DNA of 21,794 nucleotides from a virus (Duplodnaviria; Heunggongvirae; Uroviricota; Caudoviricetes): IMG/VR virus record IMGVR_UViG_2737471841_000006, positions 1 to 21,794 of that record; one strand, 5' to 3'. Shown piece by piece: positions 15,418 to 21,794 of this stretch (position 1 is its first letter; each line of letters starts with the position of its first letter). The notes under the pieces were generated by a model. It saw only the letters and a program-made list of their open reading frames with translations, ran no database searches and was not told where the DNA came from. The position numbers and the translations under genes were made by a program.

Positions 15418-15746
15418 CCGCCCAGCGGTGGTTATCGGAGTTCGGGGGCGAAAAGGGGGAAAAGGCAAGGTGGACGAGAGAAAAACTCAGGTTGCCACCG
15501 ATACCGGAGCCAGAAATAGACCCCGTTGTCCGTGAGTTATTGTATGCGTACTCAGTAATGTCTCGTTCCAGGCGTTATGCGGGCATGTCCGGGGTTCCGC
15601 TGCCTTTATCAATATCTGACGTGCACGACTACTTAAAAGCACACCCAATATTGATAGATAGTGATGAATTTGAAGCAGTGATCTTTGCGCTGGATGATCA
15701 GTATGTTTCTCAATCCAAAACTGTTGATGGGATATTGATTAATTAA
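14956..15746 (+). CDS. Tail assembly chaperone -1 frameshift fusion product (lambda gpGT analogue), slip at A_AAA_AAG 15405-15411
   Basis: The -1 frame is open without stops from the slippery site through 15746 (..KK-AIAAQRWLSEFGGEKGEKARWTREKLRLPPIPEPEIDPVV..). A small hairpin ccgc-cca-gcgg begins about 5 nt after the heptamer. Confidence 0.5.
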
Positions 15747-15903
15747 TTTAATATTTTTTAGTAATTGTCTGAATTACAATGTGCACACATATAGTTTGAT
15801 GAGAGATTGATAGTTGACTATCGAATGTGGTGGATATTTTAATGCTGCCAGCCAGATTAATTCTGGCTGTTATAACAATGATTTGTGAAATGACGGTGAT
15901 TTT

Positions 15904-16440
15904 ATGAAAAAAGCAGTGTTGACTACCATTATCGCTTCAGCCTTGTTTGCAACTGGCATTGCAAATGCTGAATTGAAGCAGAATACTATTTCTCTTGGTT
16001 ATGCCCAAAGCCATGTTAAAGCCGGTGGAGAAAGCCTTGATGAGAATCCTTCAGGGGTAAATATTAAGTATCGCTATGAGCTGGATGATAAATGGGGCGT
16101 TGCATCTTCATTTACGTACACAAATCAAGAATACGATTATTATTTTGCAGGCTCTAAAATTGGAAATGGAGAACTGGATTACTATTCACTAGCTGCCGGT
16201 CCAGCCTATCGTTTCAATGATTACTTCAGTGCATATGGCTTATTAGGTGTAGCGCATGGACGTGCTGAAGCGACGATTCTGGGATACTCTGACTCTTCAA
16301 GCAAGACTTCGGTTGTATATGGTGCTGGTATTCAGTTTAATCCTGTACCAAATTGGGTAGTTGACGCATCCTATGAGTACACCAAATTGGGCGATGTGAA
16401 AGTAGGTACTTGGATGACCGGTATTGGTTATCGTTTCTGA
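15904..16440 (+). CDS. Ail/Lom/PagC-family outer-membrane beta-barrel protein with signal peptide, 178 aa
   Basis: N-terminal signal peptide MKKAVLTTIIASALFATGIANA. Family hallmarks GVNIKYRYE, GAGIQFNP and C-terminal GIGYRF, aligning with lambda Lom as I recall it. AT-rich relative to flanking tail genes, with its own promoter-like region and strong terminator. Confidence 0.88.
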   Translation: MKKAVLTTIIASALFATGIANAELKQNTISLGYAQSHVKAGGESLDENPSGVNIKYRYELDDKWGVASSFTYTNQEYDYYFAGSKIGNGELDYYSLAAGPAYRFNDYFSAYGLLGVAHGRAEATILGYSDSSSKTSVVYGAGIQFNPVPNWVVDASYEYTKLGDVKVGTWMTGIGYRF

Positions 16441-16464
16441 TAATTTCCTTTCCTCTGTTGTCTG

Positions 16465-16493
16465 GCCCCGCTTATCAAGCGGGGCTTTTTATT
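16465..16493 (+). terminator. Strong rho-independent terminator after the lom-like gene
   Basis: gccccgctt-atc-aagcggggc (9-bp GC-rich stem) followed by tttttattt. Confidence 0.75.
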
Positions 16494-16509
16494 TGTCCGG
16501 AGTAACTAA

Positions 16510-19500
16510 ATGACAGAGCAAACTTCGCGTCTTGCAATAATTATTGATAGCACTGGAGCGAAAAATAATGCTGACAATCTGACCTCCTCCCTAGTCAAAA
16601 TGACGCAGGCCGGAGAAACTGCTGCAAATAGCGCAGGGAAAGTGACCAGGGCAACAGAAGATGAGAAGAACGCGCTCGCAAAATTAAAGGCAGCTATTGA
16701 TCCTGTAGGTGCCGCAATTGATACTGTCGGTCGACGCTATTCTGAATTAAAGAAATATTTCGGCAAAGGGCTTATTGATAAAGAAGAATATGAATTTCTT
16801 GCCCGTAAACTTAATGAAACTACAGCGGAATTGAGCGGGGTTGCGCAAGCGCAGAGAGAAGCCGCGAAGGCCGGAAAACTTGCTGCTGCCCAGCAGGAAG
16901 CGCAGGCTCAGGCCTTTCAAAGAATGCTGGACAAGATCGACCCTCTGGCCGCGGCGCTAAGAAATCTTGACCAACAGCAGGATGAACTTAATGCAGCACT
17001 TTCATCCGGGAAAATAAATGGCTCTCAGTTTGATAATTACAGCCGAAAAATACAGGAAACGCGGCGAGAGCTAACAGGAGAGGCTCAGGCAGAACGAGAA
17101 GCAGCAAAAGCGCATGATGAACAGGTTGCTGCTTTGCAACGTCTGATTGCTCAACTCGATCCTGTCGGAACAGCTTTTAATCGCCTGACAGAGCAGCAAA
17201 AGCAACTTAGCGAAGCAAAAGCCAGGGGGATGCTTTCTCCTGAAATGTATGAGGAGCTCTCAGGAAAACTCCGTGCTATGCGGAGAGAGCTTGAGGCTAC
17301 TGAATCGCAATTAAGTAAAACCGGAATGTCGGCAAAACAAACGGCTTTTGCTGTGCGCATGTTGCCTGCACAAATGACTGATATTGTAGTTGGATTGTCC
17401 ACAGGCCAGTCACCTTTTATGGTGTTAATGCAGCAAGGCGGTCAGCTAAAAGATATGTTCGGTGGTATTGGCCCGGCGATCAAAGGTGTTGGTTCTTATG
17501 TAATGGGGTTAATTAATCCTTTTACCCTGGCTGCTGCAGCCGTTGGTGTTCTGGGGCTGGCTTACTATAAAGGCTCTCAGGAGCAGGACGAATTTAATAA
17601 ATCTCTTATTCTTACCGGAAATCAGTTGGGGGCAACGAGTGGGCAATTGGCGGATATAGCTCAACGTGCCGGGGATGCAGCTGATTCGACAACTGGTGCT
17701 GCGGCGGCTGTATTAAACCAGCTTGTGCGTTCGGGAAAGGTAGCGAGTAGTTCGCTGGAGCAGGTGACGACAGCGATAGTAAAAACGAGCGAATTAACTG
17801 GAATATCGACCGATCAACTGGTTAATGATTTCAATGAAATAGCAAAGGATCCTGTCAGTGCCATATCAAAACTTAATGATCAGTACCATTTTCTGACACT
17901 GGCGACTTATAACCAGATTAAGGCGCTACAGGATGAAGGGAACCAGCAGGAGGCTGCTCGTATTGCGACGGAAGCATATTCATCCTCAATGATTCAACGT
18001 TCCAGCCAGATGAAAGAAAATCTTGGTTATCTTGAGGCTGCATGGAAAGCAGTCTCTAACTCCGCAAAATTGGCCTGGGATTCCATGTTGAATGTTGGGC
18101 GGGAGGTATCTATTGATCAAAAAATCGCAGATGTCATCCGCCAAATTGATGAAATAGAAAAAAATAACCGACCAGGGATTTTCGGGTTAGCAGGTATTGG
18201 AGATGGTGGTGCTCTAAAAAAAAGGCTGGCGCAATTAAAACAGCAATTGAGTGCACTTCAATCAGAAAAAATTGCTCAGGACGTACTAAATTCATCAATA
18301 GACGATTACAACAAGCGTCAACAGGAAGGAATTGAACTCAGACAGAAAGCAGATGCCTTTTCAAAACAATATCAGACCCGGGAGCAGCAGAGAGCCAGTG
18401 AACTTGCAGAACTGGAAAAGCTAAAGAATCAGTATTCAAAGGAAGAATATAATAATCTTGTCGCTCAAATAAATGAGCGTTATAAAGAACCAAAGCAACC
18501 AAAGGCGAAAGGTTATTCGGATGATGCTGCCCAACGAATGATTGATCATCTGAATCAACAGAATGCGTTACTAAGTTCACAAGCTGAATTGAGAGTTAAA
18601 TTAAGTTCCTCTGAACAGGAACTGGTTAAGTGGCGTCAGCAGATTGCCGATCTGGAGTCACGACCGTTATCGAAATTAACCAAGGATCAGAAATCGCTTC
18701 TCTTACACCGGGAAGAAATAACCGCGTTGATGGAGAAAAATGTTGCGATTGAAAAAAATAACAGGCTAATCAAGGAATCTGTCGAAATAGCCGCATGGCG
18801 TGATTCATTGCAGGCTTCGATTGATAATCGTCAGCAGGGATATGATATTCAGATTGTTGGTTATGGGCTTGGTGATAAAAATCAGCAACGCCAGCAGGAG
18901 TTACTGCGGATTGAACGTGAATATAACAACCAGCGTCTGCAACTTGAACGTGACTATGCAGATAAATCCCGTGGAATGTCAGATCATGTTTTTCAGGAGA
19001 AAATGCAGGCTCTGAATGATGCTCTGGAACGAGAAAAAGAAATTGTCAGACAGAAAAACGAGCAGCTCGATATTCAGGCAGGAGACTGGGTTAGTGGTGC
19101 CTCCCAGGGATTCAATAACTGGCTGGATGACACTAAGGATATCAGTGAGCAGATAAAATTAACCACGACTCAGATGTTTAATGGGATGACCGATGCGCTG
19201 GGTGAGTTTGTCACGACAGGCAAGGCAAATTTTCGTTCTTTCGCTACTTCCGTGATTTCTGATCTTAGTCGAATAGCATTAAAGGCTTCAATTACTGGGA
19301 TTTTCGACAGCATTGGTAACAGTTCTTCTGGTGGGATTTTAGGCACTATCGGGAGTGCTATTAGTAAATTTATTCCGAATGCAAAGGGCGGTGTTTATGA
19401 GTCTCCGTCATTGAGCACGTATTCGAACGGTATTTATGATTCCCCGCAATTTTTTGCTTTTGCAAAAGGGGCTGGTGTTTTTGGTGAGGCTGGACCGGAA

Positions 19501-19743
19501 GCTATTATGCCATTAACGCGAACTTCCGATGGTTCTCTTGGTGTCAGAGCTATTAATAGTAAAAGTGGTAATGGTGGCGGAGATATTACCTATGCCCCTG
19601 TATACCAAATTACTATCCAAAATGATGGCCAGAATGGAGAAATTGGCCCTCAGGCAATAAAAACACTTATGGGGATGGTTGATCAGCGGGTGCAGGGCAC
19701 TTTGTTAAATATGCGACGTGATGGGGGAATGTTAAGTGGCTAA
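16510..19743 (+). CDS. Tail tape measure protein, 1077 aa
   Basis: Very long ORF following the chaperone frameshift pair. N-terminal two-thirds is alpha-helical and coiled-coil-like (A/Q/E/K/L-rich), with hydrophobic segments and a Gly-rich C-terminal region. GGAG Shine-Dalgarno upstream. Confidence 0.85.
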   Translation: MTEQTSRLAIIIDSTGAKNNADNLTSSLVKMTQAGETAANSAGKVTRATEDEKNALAKLKAAIDPVGAAIDTVGRRYSELKKYFGKGLIDKEEYEFLARKLNETTAELSGVAQAQREAAKAGKLAAAQQEAQAQAFQRMLDKIDPLAAALRNLDQQQDELNAALSSGKINGSQFDNYSRKIQETRRELTGEAQAEREAAKAHDEQVAALQRLIAQLDPVGTAFNRLTEQQKQLSEAKARGMLSPEMYEELSGKLRAMRRELEATESQLSKTGMSAKQTAFAVRMLPAQMTDIVVGLSTGQSPFMVLMQQGGQLKDMFGGIGPAIKGVGSYVMGLINPFTLAAAAVGVLGLAYYKGSQEQDEFNKSLILTGNQLGATSGQLADIAQRAGDAADSTTGAAAAVLNQLVRSGKVASSSLEQVTTAIVKTSELTGISTDQLVNDFNEIAKDPVSAISKLNDQYHFLTLATYNQIKALQDEGNQQEAARIATEAYSSSMIQRSSQMKENLGYLEAAWKAVSNSAKLAWDSMLNVGREVSIDQKIADVIRQIDEIEKNNRPGIFGLAGIGDGGALKKRLAQLKQQLSALQSEKIAQDVLNSSIDDYNKRQQEGIELRQKADAFSKQYQTREQQRASELAELEKLKNQYSKEEYNNLVAQINERYKEPKQPKAKGYSDDAAQRMIDHLNQQNALLSSQAELRVKLSSSEQELVKWRQQIADLESRPLSKLTKDQKSLLLHREEITALMEKNVAIEKNNRLIKESVEIAAWRDSLQASIDNRQQGYDIQIVGYGLGDKNQQRQQELLRIEREYNNQRLQLERDYADKSRGMSDHVFQEKMQALNDALEREKEIVRQKNEQLDIQAGDWVSGASQGFNNWLDDTKDISEQIKLTTTQMFNGMTDALGEFVTTGKANFRSFATSVISDLSRIALKASITGIFDSIGNSSSGGILGTIGSAISKFIPNAKGGVYESPSLSTYSNGIYDSPQFFAFAKGAGVFGEAGPEAIMPLTRTSDGSLGVRAINSKSGNGGGDITYAPVYQITIQNDGQNGEIGPQAIKTLMGMVDQRVQGTLLNMRRDGGMLSG

Positions 19744-20029
19744 TACGGAAGAATTTCACTGGTTACCAGAGGATGGAATGAAAACAGAACATAAACCATC
19801 GATAAAAACTGTAAGATTTGGCGATGGTTATGAGCAACGAAGTCCAAATGGACTTAATCATTCTCAGCGTGTTTTCACCTGTGATTTTAGGGTCGAGGCG
19901 AATGATCGTGATTCATTTGAACAGTTTTTACTCCGGCATGGAGGTTATAAATCTTTTTTTTGGCGCCCGCCGGGTGTTAACAGAAATATAAGAGTGGTGT
20001 GTCGAACGTGGTCCGCTAAGCCTGGTTGA
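19736..20029 (+). CDS. Minor tail protein, lambda gpM-like, 97 aa from a GTG start; possibly C-terminally truncated
   Basis: ..[44 protein letters not shown].. aligns with lambda gpM (..VRKVRFGDGYSQRAPAGLN..EEHGGWKSFLWTPP..IKVTCAKWS..). GTG overlaps the tape measure stop. Ends about 12-15 residues short of lambda gpM. Confidence 0.7.
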   Translation: MANTEEFHWLPEDGMKTEHKPSIKTVRFGDGYEQRSPNGLNHSQRVFTCDFRVEANDRDSFEQFLLRHGGYKSFFWRPPGVNRNIRVVCRTWSAKPG

Positions 20030-21794
20030 CGGAAGTGGCAATCCGGTCAGCGTGGAGGTTCAGTCCGTCACCGACGGCGTGAAGGTAAAAGTGAACCGGG
20101 TTCCTGACGGCGTTGCAGAATACAGTGTGTGGGGGCTGAAGTTGCCGACGTTGCGTCAGCGCCTGTTCCGCTGTGTGAGTATCCGTGAGAACGATGACGG
20201 CACGTATGCCATCACTGCCGTGCAGCATGTACCGGAAAAAGAGGCCATCGTGGATAACGGGGCGCACTTTGACGGCGACCAGAGCGGCACGGTGAATGGT
20301 GTCACGCCGCCAGCGGTGCAGCACCTGACCGCCGAAGTCACCGCAGACAGCGGGGAATATCAGGTGCTGGCGCGCTGGGACACGCCGAAGGTGGTGAAGG
20401 GCGTGAGCTTCCTGCTCCGTCTGACCGTAACAGCGGATGACGGCAGTGAGCGGCTGGTCAGCACGGCCCGGACGACGGAAACCACATACCGCTTCAGGCA
20501 GCTGACGCTGGGGCGTTACAGGCTGACAGTCCGGGCGGTAAATGCGTGGGGGCAGCAGGGCGATCCGGCATCGGTATCGTTCCGGATTGCCGCACCGGCA
20601 GCGCCGTCGCGGATTGAGCTGACACCGGGCTATTTTCAGATAACCGCCACGCCGCATCTTGCGGTTTATGACCCGACGGTACAGTTTGAGTTCTGGTTCT
20701 CGGAAAAACGGATTGCTGATATCAGGCAGGTTGAAACCACAGCCCGCTATCTTGGTACGGCGCTGTACTGGATAGCCGCCAGTATCAATATCAGGCCGGG
20801 CCATGATTATTATTTTTACGTTCGCAGTGTGAACACCGTTGGCAAATCGGCATTCGTGGAGGCCGTCGGTCGGGCGAGCGATGATGCGGAAGGTTACCTG
20901 GATTTTTTCAAAGGCCAGATAACCGAATCCCATCTAGGCAAGGAGCTGCTGGAAAAAGTCGAGCTGACGGAGGATAACGCCAGCAGACTGGAGGAGTTTT
21001 CGAAAGAGTGGCAGGACGCTAACGATAAGTGGAATGCCATGTGGGCTGTCAAAATTGAGCAGACCAAAGACGGCAAACATTATGTCGCGGGTATTGGCCT
21101 CAGCATGGAGGACACGGAGGAAGGCAAACTGAGTCAGTTTCTGGTTGCCGCTAACCGTATCGCATTTATTGACCCGGCAAACGGGAATGAAACGCCGATG
21201 TTTGTGGCGCAGGGCAATCAGATATTCATGAACGACGTGTTCCTGAAGCGCCTGACGGCCCCCACCATTACCAGCGGCGGCAATCCTCCGGCCTTTTCCC
21301 TGACGCCGGACGGGCGGCTGACGGCGAAAAATGCCGATATCAGTGGCAGTGTGAATGCGAACGCCGGGACGCTCAATAATGTCACGATTAATGAGAACTG
21401 TCAGATTCTGGGAAAACTGTCAGCTAATCAGATTGAAGGCGATATTGTTAAAACGGTGGGTAAGGCTTTCCCCCGTGACTCCCGGGCACCGGAGCGGTGG
21501 CCATCAGGGACCATTACCGTCAGGGTTTATGACGATCAGCCTTTTGACCGGCAAATTGTCATTCCGGCGGTGGCATTCAGCGGTGCCAGACATGAGAGAG
21601 AGCATAATGACATTTATTCATCATGCCGTCTGATAGTGCGGAAAAACGGTGCTGAAATTTATAACCGTACCGCGCTGGATAATACGCTGATTTATACCGG
21701 TGTGATTGATATGCCAGCGGGTCGCGGTCACATGACGCTGGAGTTTTCGGTATCAGCGTGGCTGGTGAATGACTGGTATCCCACGGCAAGCATC
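19992..21794 (+). pseudogene. Tail tip / host specificity protein, lambda gpJ-like C-terminal portion (about 600 codons); no start codon, frame runs off the window end
   Basis: Stop-free frame from 19992 to the window end (I translated it by hand). GC-rich, coherent protein sequence (..[25 protein letters not shown]....[27 protein letters not shown]) that I recognise as gpJ-like. No ATG until deep inside; begins inside the end of the gpM-like gene in another frame. Absent from the track, presumably for lack of a start. Confidence 0.7.

Noticed and set aside
10550-15468. Minus-strand and alternative-frame ORFs within the structural genes (10550..10912, 10575..10832, 11232..11543, 11290..11604, 12153..12371, 13254..13541, 13978..14253, 15229..15468)
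   Set aside because: All antisense or out of frame within a co-directional, translationally coupled structural operon; compositions atypical of proteins.
17151-19015. ORFs inside the tape measure gene (17151..17402 -, 18338..18580 -, 18800..19015 +)
   Set aside because: Embedded in the 1077-aa tape measure ORF; shadow frames.
20016-21789. 305-aa minus-strand ORF and other short ORFs (20156..20341 -, 20894..21076 -, 21355..21633 +, 21577..21789 -) in the last 1.8 kb
   Set aside because: The plus frame open from 19992 to the window end encodes a coherent gpJ-like protein. The antisense 305-aa ORF is Arg/Cys/Pro-rich, as expected for the reverse strand of a GC-rich gene, and is judged spurious.
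1-21794. CRISPR arrays, tRNA or rRNA genes, and IS elements or transposase genes
   Set aside because: No regularly spaced direct repeats with unique spacers, no cloverleaf-like tRNA candidates noticed, and no transposase-like ORFs or terminal inverted repeats flanking a gene. The breaks in the prophage look like deletions rather than IS insertions.

Overview
The window is almost entirely a lambdoid, Rac-like cryptic prophage of an Escherichia-type genome; all protein identities below rest on my recollection of E. coli K-12 Rac and phage lambda proteins plus ORF geometry, with no database search run. It opens exactly on the integrase stop codon (1..3). The minus strand carries a contiguous early-left operon: integrase, excisionase, ydaC-like, ralR, recT, recE, racC, ydaE, kilR. 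Next comes an immunity region: frameshifted sieB (+), ydaF and ydaG-like (-), the XRE-type repressor racR (-) flanked by repeated TTGAG/CTCAA operator-like motifs, and a 42-aa cro-like ydaS stub (+). From 8533 the plus strand carries a morphogenesis arm: a terminase large-subunit fragment lacking its N-terminus, a short possible portal stub followed by a strong terminator, scaffold-like and major capsid genes, four neck genes, a major tail gene, a tail assembly chaperone with a canonical A_AAA_AAG -1 slippery site, an Ail/Lom-family outer-membrane protein moron with its own promoter-like region and terminator, a 1077-aa tape measure, a gpM-like protein, and a start-less gpJ-like C-terminal frame running off the window end. 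Taken together this looks like a prophage immobilised by several internal deletions (cro/terL junction, M/J junction, possibly portal) that keeps RecET, the immunity switch and accessory genes. I found no CRISPR array, tRNA, rRNA or IS element. The items I consider most worth follow-up are the overlapping antisense ORF pair at 7518..7796 (one strand encodes a CxxC-x17-CxxC zinc-ribbon mini-protein), the Lom/Ail moron in an atypical position, and the sieB start codon buried in a 12-bp inverted repeat next to a frameshift.
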